The position numbers and the translations under genes are program-made. 14,811 nucleotides of DNA, from positions 1 to 14,811 of the forward strand of contig NW_003314538.1 in assembly GCF_000143415.4 (NCBI RefSeq), in the 5' to 3' direction. The notes beneath the pieces were generated by a model, which was not told the DNA's origin, made no database searches, and saw only the letters and a program-made list of their open reading frames with translations. This document shows, in pieces, positions 1-8,990 of the stretch. Positions within the stretch are counted from its first letter, which is position 1; the number at the start of each line of letters is the position of its first letter. The stretch is from Selaginella moellendorffii (Eukaryota; Plantae; Lycopodiophyta).

Positions 1-302
1 ACCTTTAACATTGGGAGCTTCAATAATTTTCAGCTGGATCGAACCAACAAAGCAAGGTGGGAGATGTCTGAAGTTCTTAGAAAGATTGAAATTGTTGGCG
101 GAGGTGCAACTTAATGAAACGTACCACATGTTCTAATTGTCTTGCTCTCATTCGATGAGCAGACTAGTATGAAGAAAGGATGACAAAAACCTCCTGTTGT
201 TTACGAAGTTCTTGGAATTGTCATGTATGGCTCGCAAAAGCACAGAAAGCTTCAAGACTTGACCTTCCTGCTTGATTTCTTTAAAGCACCGCATGGCACA
301 GA

Positions 303-1390
303 CTACAAACAAAGATTTAAGACTGGTTTAAATTATGAAATCAAGATTTACCTTCAAAGTGCTTGCAAGAGCTACAATGCAGCCAACCACGGCCAACAGT
401 AACTGCTTCTTGTCCGAAATAGAAGTTTCAGAAATAAACCATGCTAGGATGTTCAGGCTATGTACTTGTACAGGCGTAGTGCTATCTGGTATTAGTGTTA
501 GTGACGACAAGTAAAACACTGAGCTTTCCAAAAGAAAAGAAACAGCATCGGGAGTATGCCCAAGGAGAATTAACAGTAAACTTCCCGGAAAGTTTTGCGA
601 AAATAAGATAAATACTATCACGAACCTGCAATAGAGAAGATTAGTATTTCTTCTCGATGGAATTTTATTATGTTGGAGTCCAAGAACGAGATGATCCTAC
701 ACAATACAAGAAGTTTCCCCAGACGTAGATACTGGTCAGCACCGAACTGAGATACATAATCAACCTAAATTATGCACAGATGAAAAAAAATTCAAGAGTA
801 TCAGTGTTAGTTGCGATTGCTGACACTCCTCACAAAGAAATGGAACGTATTTCTTTAATAACTGCTCTGGGTTTCCTAGCTGGTTAATTTCTTGCGTTGG
901 AAGTCACGAAGGCTCAACATTTTGGAGTTGTCAGATATCATAGCTGCTTCTAGCATTAAATCAGTTAGAATGTGATCCTGCACTGCAATTTATAGTTCAC
1001 GTCGGTATACCACACATCTTGAACAAAATAGCTCGGGAGATGCAACAGCGTGGTGTCCACGGCTGGCTTCTTGTAGGATCCATGCATCTCATCTCAAGTG
1101 GGCAGAGATCAAGTGGAAGCTGGAGAGCTATCCCAATTCTCGGGAGATGTGATGAAGAAAATGGTGGGATTGTTGATTTTTGTAGAGAGAATATCTGCAC
1201 CTTTGTGAAACGTTTTCCTACAGGCCTTTCGAATCCACGGAACCTGGAAGTCAAAACAAGAGAGAGTAGCTTCAGAACATTTAAAAGCTCACCCCTGCAA
1301 GTTCTGTTGTGGTACAGAGTGAATGAGTTTCTTTTTGCCTATGGGAACCTCAAAGCCAATGCCAAGTACCTTTTTTGACAACTCTGCAAA
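303..1390 (-). other. Possible spliced host transcript or gene remnant (product unidentified)
   Basis: The minus strand shows a CT-rich tract ending TTTTGCAG at ~1384, and two GT-AG candidates of 49 nt each: 1292-1244 (GTGAGC...TTGACTTCCAG) and 351-303 (GAAG|GTAAAT...TTTGTTTGTAG). There is another acceptor-like TATTGCAG at ~626. I could not assemble a recognisable protein. Confidence 0.3.
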
Positions 1391-1415
1391 ATCATAGAAA
1401 GAAAGAAACAAATGA

Positions 1416-1439
1416 AGAGAGAGAGAGAGAGAGAGAGAG
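1416..1439. repeat. (AG)12 microsatellite
   Basis: Perfect AG dinucleotide run of 24 nt, read directly. Confidence 0.97.
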
Positions 1440-1519
1440 GAATTGATCCATCAATTTTATCTGTCTAGGTTTCTAGTTTCTTCCATACCTTGAGGAACCA
1501 ATTGTTAAATTCCATTGAG

Positions 1520-1604
1520 TACTACTCCTCTTTTTAAATAATTTGTTGTGCTATTTAAAATATACTACTCCTCTTTTTAAATTTCTTTTGTGCTATCTAA
1601 AATA
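1520..1604. repeat. Two-copy imperfect tandem repeat, ~43-bp unit
   Basis: TACTACTCCTCTTTTTAAAT...TTGTGCTATYTAAAATA occurs at 1520-1562 and 1563-1604. Confidence 0.9.
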
Positions 1605-1614
1605 TATCACAATG

Positions 1615-1789
1615 TGTGAGGGCCAAGTGTACAGTTATGATGCCGTATACTAATATTAGCATAGTGGGATTTTGGTAGTCATCGGATTGGTTTTAATTTG
1701 GACCACTCGCTCCAGTATATAAGCTAGGGTTTTTGGGCTAATTGATATGCACATTTCTGTATTCCCTTTCCATATTCTAAGCACTCACA
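1615..1789 (+). repeat. 5' LTR of element A (175 bp)
   Basis: Begins TGTGAG (1615) and ends CTCACA (1789), a perfect 6-bp terminal inverted repeat with TG...CA. It contains TATATAA and is followed after 1 nt by a TGG-starting PBS. There is no second copy in the window to confirm the 5' boundary. Confidence 0.78.
1716..1722 (+). promoter_or_regulatory. Putative TATA box in LTR of element A
   Basis: TATATAA inside the predicted LTR, ~70 nt upstream of its 3' end. Confidence 0.6.
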
Positions 1790-1790
1790 T

Positions 1791-1810
1791 TGGTGGAGGT
1801 AAGGGGCATC
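1791..1810 (+). promoter_or_regulatory. Primer-binding site, probably tRNA-Ala
   Basis: TGGTGGAGGTAAGGGGCATC lies 1 nt after the LTR end. TGGTGGA is complementary to the ...UCCACCA 3' end typical of tRNA-Ala, and GGGGnATC matches the T-arm complement. tRNA identity is from recalled consensus, not a search. Confidence 0.75.
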
Positions 1811-1840
1811 TTTGATTGTCCCTAAGGAGTGCTTGGATTT

Positions 1841-1970
1841 GGGATTTTGGTTTAGATCTAGCTTTTGCATCGTCTAGATCTAGCTTTTTCCATTTCCTGT
1901 CTTTTGTTCTTTCTATTCAGGGTTTTGGTTTAGATTTAGCTTTTTGCGTTGTCTAGATCTACCATTTCCT
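1841..1970 (+). repeat. Imperfect direct duplication in the 5' leader of element A
   Basis: GGGATTTTGGTTTAGATCTAGCTTTTGCATCGTCTAGATCTA (from 1841) versus GGGTTTTGGTTTAGATTTAGCTTTTTGCGTTGTCTAGATCTA (from 1920), both followed by CCATTTCCT. Confidence 0.85.
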
Positions 1971-2022
1971 TCTAGCTTTTTGTCATTTCTCTTCTTTTGC
2001 TCTTTCTTTTTCGTTCATCTTC

Positions 2023-2955
2023 ATGGCAAATCAGCAATCTCCTCCTTTGACTCTAGAGCAGCAATTGGTACAATTGCTTGATGCTATGCGCTTGCAGTTG
2101 AACAACCAAACTCAGTTGATGGCGGCATTCACGGCACGTGGTACAACTCCTCCTGCTCTTGGTGCCAATCCTCGCGTTCGGCCGGAGTTCTTTTGCGGGA
2201 ATCCTGGGGATGATGTGTACCATTGGTTCGATCATTTCACGGTGATTGCCACATATCATTCTTGGGATGATGCTCGACGGTTGCGTGAGTTTCCCATGTG
2301 TCTCCAAGGGATGGCGTTGCAGTAGTACAATGGTTTGAGCACAGCCACTCGTGGGGATTGGAGTGTTCTCCTGGACGTCTTCAAACGCGCCTTCGGACAT
2401 GCCGATGATTGTGATGATACTTTCCAACAATTGCATTGTCTTCGCCAAGGGCCATCTGAGTCGGTGATGCAATTTGGCGTTCGTTTCCGAAGTCTTTTGC
2501 TTCATGCGGAGCCAAATATGTCGGAGCGGATCAAGCTAGGAATGTTGTGGCCAGCACTTTGTCAAGATCTTGTCGGCCTTATGCATGCACTTGCTCCTGC
2601 CACCCTTAACAATGCTCTTCACTTGGCACAACGTTATGAGATGTCGCCTCTTCCACTTCTCGCTGCACGTCCTTCCGCTCCACTTCCTATGAGTGATGGT
2701 CCTGTTCCAATGGAGGTTGATGCTGCTGCTGCTCGAGTCCAAGGACAAACGCGAGGACATGGTCGTGGCCGTGATGTTCGCTACTGGGTGTGTGATAAAG
2801 TTGGTCATACTTATCGGCATTGCCGTCGTTTTCCGGATTGGCGACCTCCATTTCCTAGGTGGAGACCTTGGCGTCAGCAACATCCCGTGGGTGCTGCTGC
2901 AGTGGAAGGTCTGGACACCGAGATGCATCCGGGAAACGAGGAGTCGCGCGAGTAA
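2023..2955 (+). pseudogene. gag: gag of element A (capsid plus degenerate CCHC zinc knuckle)
   Basis: ORFs 2023-2325 and 2335-2955 share a frame and are split by one TAG at 2323 in 'GMALQ*Y' (expected W). Motifs are PEFFCG, LRQGPSESV.QF..RF, PVPMEVD, and the knuckle Y-X2-C-X4-H-X4-C at 2782-2823 (first Cys TGC changed to TAC). Confidence 0.92.
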
Positions 2956-2992
2956 CGGAGGGACCTTGCGCAAATAAATCAGTGACCCCTCC
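2931..2992 (+). promoter_or_regulatory. -1 programmed ribosomal frameshift signal (G GGA AAC plus H-type pseudoknot)
   Basis: The heptamer at 2931-2937 is in X XXY YYZ phase with gag, and the -1 frame is the protease frame. After an 8-nt spacer, stem 1 is GCGCGAG (2946-2952)/CTTGCGC (2965-2971) and stem 2 is GGAGGG (2957-2962)/CCCTCC (2987-2992). Confidence 0.85.
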
Positions 2993-3400
2993 ATCTTTCT
3001 TTCGGGAGTACCATCAAGGGGTTCACTCGGCACCAGTTCATCCAGTATTTACTTTCCAAGTTCGTTTTTATAACCAGAGGTCTCCTATTATTCTCTCCGT
3101 GTTGGTTGATATAAGTTCAAGTTTATCTTCTATTGCTCGACCTGTTGCCACACGTTGTCGTCTACACTTGCGTCGTGTGGCGGAACCATTTTTCATTCTT
3201 TATGGCAACGGCTGTACACATGCATGTGCACAGGATGAGGTGGACCTAGTTGTGCGTGTGAGCGATCTTGAGCTTGAGTTGCAGTCGTTGCGAGTGGTGC
3301 CAAGTCAAGCTTTTGACCTCATTCTTGGTATGGATTGGTTGCAGCGCAATCATGCCAAGTGTGACTTTGAGGCTTCTCCCCTTGTCTTATACTTCTTTAT
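2931..3400 (+). pseudogene. pol: pol of element A: aspartic protease domain
   Basis: VLVDISSS (Asp codon 3108-3110, degenerate D-T/S-G) and FDLILGMDWL (ILGMDWL at 3321-3341) in ORF 2859-3557. It is followed by a CT-rich linker containing frameshifts. Confidence 0.85.
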
Positions 3401-3549
3401 GTTTCATCCATTCCTCTCACTTCCATACCTCTTCGTCCCTCTACTTCTACCTCTACTTCCATTACTTTTGTTCCCCCACTCTTTCCTTTTGTGTTTCCAT
3501 CTTGTTCTGCTTTTCCCTTTTCCGATCCCTCCGACGATCTTTTGTTGCA

Positions 3550-4538
3550 GCAGTTGACCGGCTCATGAAGGAGTATTCTGATCTATTTGAATTTGACCTA
3601 TCGTCTGGGGCCAAGATTGCCACATGTCATCCGATTCCAACTAGGGATGCTCGTCCAATCAAGGTTTCTGTTTGTCGTTGGTCACCTAAGGAGATCAAGA
3701 TTTTACGAGCAAACGTCAAGGAAATGCTAGAGAAAGGTGTTATTCGGAAGTCGCAGAGTCCTTGGGCGAACCTCATCTTGTGACGAAGCCTGATGGGAGT
3801 ATTCGTTTCTGCATCGACTATCGTCTGTTAAACGAAGTGACGATCCCAGATGTGTATCCTCTTCCTCATACTGCTGATCTCTTGGATCGTCTGGGGTGAA
3901 GTCGTTGGTTCACCAAGCTAGATCTTCCTTCTGGGTATTGGCAAGTACCAATGGCTGAAGAAGATATTCCTAAGATTGCTTTTCGTACACCATTTGGTTT
4001 GTATGAGTTCTTGGTGATGCCGTTTGGTTTGAACAATGCTCCAGCAACTTTCCTATGGATGATGGACGAGGTTCTTTGTGATATGCCGGAGGTGACTGCT
4101 GACTTCATTGATGATGTCTTGATCCACTCGGAGGGGACGTGGGAGGAGCACGTTCGTGATGTTTGTAAAGTGTTGGATCGGCTACACGACGTTGGTTTAA
4201 AGCTGAAGTGGTCAAAGTACGTGTTTGGGTCCAAGGACACAACTTATCTTGGGTACTGTATTTCTCGTGAGGGTTTGCAAGTTGATCCTGACAAAATTGT
4301 GGCTGTTCTAAAGTTCCCTACTCCGAAGTGTGTGAATGATGTGCAATGCTTTTTGGGTAAGGTGCAGTATCTTGGTCGTTTTGTGGATCATCTTTCCGAT
4401 CGCACTACACCATTGCGAGCGTTGCTGAAGTCATCCATATCATCTTTCATCTGGTCTTCAGATTGTGAGCGGGCGTTCGTGGATCTCAAAGAGCTATTGA
4501 CGACTCCTCCGGTTTTAGCGTATCCTGACTACACTTGA
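3550..4538 (+). pseudogene. pol: pol of element A: reverse transcriptase and connection
   Basis: [14 protein letters not shown], then a frameshift at ~3780, [54 protein letters not shown] (4104-4115), YLGY and LLTTPPVLAYPDY. TGA stops at 3897 and 4536. Confidence 0.96.
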
Positions 4539-4910
4539 CCTTTTATTTTGCACGTGGATGCTTCTGACATTGGTCTTGGAGGTGTGTTGATGCAAGAGAG
4601 CTCAAGTGTGCCTGGTCAGCGCCATCCCATTGCATACATAAGCTGTACATTACAACCAGCGGAGATGAACTACTCCACGACGGAGAAGGAGTGTTTAGCA
4701 GCAATCTGGGGTTTCGAGAAACTTCATGCATATCTACATGGTTCTCGGACGTTACTTGAAGGTGACCATGCTACTGTTACTTCATTATTGAAGCGGAAGA
4801 ACCTGGTTGGTCATACGGCTTGATGGGCTTTGAAGCTTCAGATATATAATTTTGATGTTGTTCATCGCCCAGGGAGTTCTATGGTTGATGCTAATGCCCT
4901 TTCTCGAGCT
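4539..4910 (+). pseudogene. pol: pol of element A: RNase H
   Basis: HVDASDIGLGGVLMQ, HPIAYIS, AEMNYSTTEKECLA, EGDH and *WALKLQIYNFDVVHRPG...DANALSR. One TGA at 4821. Confidence 0.95.
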
Positions 4911-5169
4911 CCTCTTCCTTCTCCACTCACTTCTCATGTTTCTGATGAACCTATTGTTCCAGCATCTGTGGATTTTCTAGATGAGGATTCTGTGCCGTCG
5001 GCGGTTACTGTCCTTGACGTTCAGTGTCCACAGGGCGCAGAGCAAGATCTACCTTATCTTGATGAGGTTTGCGAGGCTCAAAAGATTAAGCCGTGGATTC
5101 GAAGGCTTCGAGATGGGTTTGAAAATCCTGCATCACTTGCTGATGACTTGCCTTTCCGGCATTTACATT

Positions 5170-5976
5170 CTCAATATCGCCTTGAAGATGGCCTTCTTTA
5201 TTTTGTGGGGACGGATCCTGATGATCATTTACGGCTGGTGGTGCCTTCGGTGTTTATTCCGCGGTTTTGTCCATGCCTACCATGATTCTCCTGTTCTTGG
5301 TGGGCATATGGGACACCGTCGTGTCACCGAGAAGCTGCGCAGGTCTTTCTATTGGCCGGAGATGCGACATGATATTATCCGGTATGTGCGTAGCTACGTT
5401 TGGTGCCAAGCTCGTAATACTCCCCCTCGTGCTACAGAAGGATGGTTGGAGTCAATTGTGGTTTCCCGTCTGTTTGAGTTAGTGGCGTTTGATCTTATGG
5501 GACCTTTTCCATGGTCGACTGTTGGCAATGAGTATGTTATTATTGCTTCTGACTACTTGACTCATTGGGTGGAAGTTGGTGCTCTTGCTAGCGCCTCTAC
5601 AACTGCTATTGGATACTTCCTTCTCAATCGAGTGGTGTTCCAGCATTCTTGTCCAGAGTAGATTCTTTCAGATAATGGTCCCGCATTTATGGCTGAGATA
5701 TTTCATGTTTTGACATCTCGGTTGGGGATACGCCACACTCTTACGAGTGCTTATCATCCACAATCAGACGGTTTGGTGGAACGGCTTGTTCGGACATTCA
5801 AAGGGATGATTGCGAAGTATGTGAACTTTCAGCATTCGGATTGGGATGGTTATTTGCCGTCTCTTCGGTATGCATATGTTACAGGGGTGCAGAGTTCTGT
5901 TGGTGCTTCACCATATAAACTTCTATATGGTCATGATCCAATATTACCAACAGAGCTGGGTTTACCTTTTAAATAG
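5170..5976 (+). pseudogene. pol: pol of element A: integrase (zinc finger and DDE core, C-terminus missing)
   Basis: HDSPVLGGHMG...FYWPEM...SYVWCQ (HHCC with one C changed to Y), AFDLMGP, LSDNGPAF, TSAYHPQSDGLVER and SPYKLLYG. Frameshift at ~5265 and TAG at 5659. Confidence 0.95.
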
Positions 5977-7134
5977 CTAGAACAATATTTAACTCTCTTA
6001 AGTTCTTTCGTGTTTAACCACCAGGCCATCAATCTTAGACGGCTGGATTTTGTGCCCTCTATATTACAACTAGCCATTATGTAATCTTTTCAAGTTCATC
6101 ATTTCCAAGGGATCCAAGTGATTAACTATAATTGAAAAAAAATATATCAGAGACATATTTTCTTATAATTTAGAGAAAATTTATTTAATATTATTATCAT
6201 AAACTTATAGTACTGAAATTAGAATGCTACATCAGCTAGACCAAGAGACAGCTATATAATGAATAATGATGTAAGAAACATTAATTTTTAAGTTACTCTA
6301 ATATTAAGTTTACTTCCTTATTTATATTATATTACATCTAGATTAGAAAAAAAAATTATTAACTTACAAAAACTCCTTTAAATCAAGCATAACCTACAAT
6401 ATAAAGAAATTATGAAATATTTTAAATGGGTTTATACCCAGCATTGTTTATAGAAAAAGATGAATAATTAAATATCTTGCTTAATTTTGTATTGAAATGC
6501 ATTCAATATTATAATTTTAGTTGAAGACTTTAATATTTGTTGGGACACTCTCTAATATAAGTATGAAACTTTATCCCAAAAAACACAAAGTTTCAAACTC
6601 TTTTGTTTTTCCAAAGAAAATATCAAAAACTTTTACACATAGACGGTTTCCATACTAGGACATGATCAGGCCAAACATATCCAATAGTACCAGATCCAAC
6701 ACTTGGAATCCTCTGCAGGAAAAACACAATGTTGTGAGCAAGCAAGACAAGAATATGGGAATCATAAAGCCCGAGAATAGATTGAAGACCGATTAAAGTA
6801 AATAACATGATGAAGAAGCAAGAACTTTCACAATAACACAAGGTTACGCAGCAGTTTAGATAGTCTCTTTATAAATGATTTCACTTTTCTGAGCTAAGTG
6901 TACTTTTGAGGTAGAGAATTATGGCACAGCCAAGATGAGGGAGTACTAGGATATCCTTAAGGAAAGAAAGCACCGCTCACATCACTAATGCCTCCAACTT
7001 AAAAAGATAGTCCATACTCATATAATAGTGCTTTAGTCACCGGACTACGATCCTTCTTGGGCGTCGAGGGACAGGAGATGGGGAATGAAAAGAATGAGGA
7101 CTAAAATGAGAAGGATAGCGGCAGTGAAAGTCAT

Positions 7135-7270
7135 GAATAAGGTCAGGAGAATGAATTAAGTGGTCTGCAGGTTCCCAAGTGCATTCCTTAAGTTCGTAAC
7201 CCTTCTAATCTACCAGATAATAGAGTTTAGACCATGAGATTTTGGAATCAAGGATGTCCTGAACCTTGTA
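7135..7270 (-). pseudogene. Integrase C-terminal chromodomain of element B
   Basis: Manual translation gives YKVQDILDSKISWSKLYYLVD*KGYELKECTWEPADHLIHSPDLI, a canonical chromodomain pattern with the conserved Trp changed to TAG. It is reached by a frameshift at ~7295 after HPVFHSSLLEPY...PPPP and is absent from the ORF track. Confidence 0.92.
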
Positions 7271-7294
7271 CTTAGACCCATCTTCAAGCTGCAC

Positions 7295-8469
7295 TGGGGA
7301 GGTGGAGGAATGACCCGATTTGGAATAGGACTGGGAATGTAAGGCTCAAGGAGAGAGGAGTGAAAAACGGGGTGAATTTGATATGAGGAGGGAAGTGCAA
7401 GGCGATAAATGACAGGATTAATGATGGCAGTGATAAGGAAAGGACCAAGGCATTTGAAATTGAGTTTGGGACATAGCCTGGTGGTGGAGATATTCCACCT
7501 AAGGATATCCCCGATATTGTAAAAGGGACAATCCTGACGATGGACATTGGTGAGTGTTTTGTGAGATTCTTGAGCACGATGAAGGTGGAAGGAGATGGAG
7601 TTATGGATTTCCTAGAGGTTAGAGATAAATGCCTCAAAGTGGGGATTTGAACAAGAGGATTCGGATAGAGAAGGAAGTGAGAGATTAAATCAGGGATTTC
7701 AGCCAGAGTTTGTAAAGAAGGGGGAAACTTGAAGGGAGGAGTGAATGGAGTTGTTATAGGAGAACTCAGCAAGGGGAAGGATATTGAACCAGTCATTATG
7801 ATGATAGTTGATGAAACACCTCAGGAATTGTTCCAATGTCTAAATCGTTCGCTCAGACTGTCCATCAGTTTGAGGATGATATGCTGAAGAGAGGTTGGCC
7901 TTCACTCCAAGAAGCTGCAGGAACTGTTGCCAAAAATGAGAGATGAATTGAGGTCCTGGATCCGAAACTACATCTACAAGAATCCCATGAAGTCGGAAAA
8001 TTTCCTTGAATACCAGTTTTGCCATGTCCTTGCCTAAAAGCTCCTTGGTACACAGCAGGAAGTGTGCCATCTTTGTGAAGCGATCCACCACGACTAAAAT
8101 GTTGTTGAAGCTTCCAGAACTTGGAAGATCACTCAAGAAATCCATTGAGATGGATTCCCAAGGACCTGAAGGGACCAAGAAGGAATGAAGCAAACCTAAA
8201 GGAAAGTGGCAAGGTACCTTATTCCGGGCACAAGTGTCACAAGAAGTAACAAAAGCTTTGATGTAATTGTCCATGTGAGGCCACCAAAAGTCCCGTGCAA
8301 CCAGCTCATAGGTTTTCGCAATGCCAAAGTGACCAGCAGTTGGGCTATCATGGCATGCCATCAGGACCAACCTTCGAGCATCACCTTTAGCAATGTAAAT
8401 CTGCTCCCCACGGTACAACAAACCATCTAAAAACTCGAATTTGTCAAATCGCCGGCAATCGGGAGTCAT
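7295..8469 (-). pseudogene. pol: pol of element B: integrase (HHCC, DDE, GPF)
   Basis: CHDSPTAGHFG...FWWP...SCDTCARNK, ISMDFL, VVVDRFTKMAHF, VSDPGPQF and SSAYHPQTDGQSER. The same frame continues through stops as *TLEQFLRCF...DWFNILPLAEFSYNNSIH...KLNFKCLGPF...IHPVFHSSLLEPY. Confidence 0.96.
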
Positions 8470-8659
8470 TGGATGTCCAGCCTAAAGATGGGGGAAAATG
8501 TCACTGGCGAGGTCGTCAGATTGAAGATCATTTCTGATCACGTCCATCAAGGAGGAGTCCTGAGGGGCCAGGGAAATTGCCATAACTTGAAGAAGATCAG
8601 GACCAAGGATAACTTGATCCTGTTGATCGAAAGCAGGATTACCAGGCCTGAGACTGAGA

Positions 8660-8990
8660 TAGGAGTGCCTTGAAAGAGCATCAGGAAGGCCCTGAAGCTT
8701 TCTAGGTTTGTACTTGATAACAAATTCAAACTGACTCAGGAATTGTGCCCACCTTGCCTGACGACGGCTCAAAACTCGGGAAGTGGCAAAGTACTCCAGA
8801 TTTTTGTGATCCGTCTACACCATTGTTTGATGGCTCACCCCCTCCAAGAAATGATGCCACTTTCTAAAGGAATCCACAATGGCAAGGAGCTGATCTGCTC
8901 CGAGTTGAGACAGCATAGCACCGATGGCAAAGTCGGAGGCATCTGCCTTGATGAAGAAAGGTTGTGAGGGATCAGCGTGGATCAAGACGG
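8660..8990 (-). pseudogene. pol: pol of element B: RNase H (internally deleted)
   Basis: FFIKADASDFAIGAMLSQ, LLAIVDSFRKWHHFLEG, *TDHKNLEYF and RRQARWAQFLSQFEFVIKYKP...PDALSR. The usual P(V/I)A(F/Y)xS...NY...KE block is missing between 'GADQ' and 'LLAIV'. Confidence 0.93.

Larger units (their letters stand above)
1615..5970 (+). mobile_element. Element A: decayed, 3'-truncated Ty3/Gypsy LTR retrotransposon
   Basis: The order LTR-PBS-gag-PR-RT-RH-INT is the Ty3/Gypsy order. It has multiple in-frame stops and frameshifts. Similarity stops after 'LLYGHDPILP' at ~5970, with no GPF/Y motif, PPT or second LTR copy seen. Confidence 0.95.

Noticed and set aside
328-1378. ORFs 328-621, 997-1254 and 1019-1378 as standalone genes
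   Set aside because: They have non-ATG starts, are short and show no recognisable domain. At most they are parts of exons of the putative spliced transcript.
2323-2331. TAG within gag of A as a programmed readthrough site
   Set aside because: It falls at a conserved Trp position in the capsid (ALQWY), so TGG-to-TAG decay is simpler, and there is no CARYYA context.
2053-3033. Antisense ORFs 2053-2505 and 2536-3033 (and similar ones at 3866-4240, 8006-9621, 11088-11348)
   Set aside because: These are shadow frames opposite retrotransposon coding sequence with no recognisable motifs.
3380-3557. Hydrophobic tail of ORF 2859-3557 as a transmembrane or env-like segment
   Set aside because: It is an out-of-frame reading of a CT-rich PR-RT linker; another frame gives a typical Ser/Thr/Pro linker.
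6070-7050. Helitron on the minus strand (A|TC at 7050, CTAG|T at ~6070)
   Set aside because: The terminal words are too short to be significant, and I found no GC-rich subterminal hairpin.
7284-7796. 170-aa Pro/Ser/Ile-rich minus-strand ORF as a novel accessory gene
   Set aside because: It is an alternative frame over the integrase C-terminus. The stop-interrupted frame carries the real motifs (LPLAEFSYNN, GPF, HPVFH).
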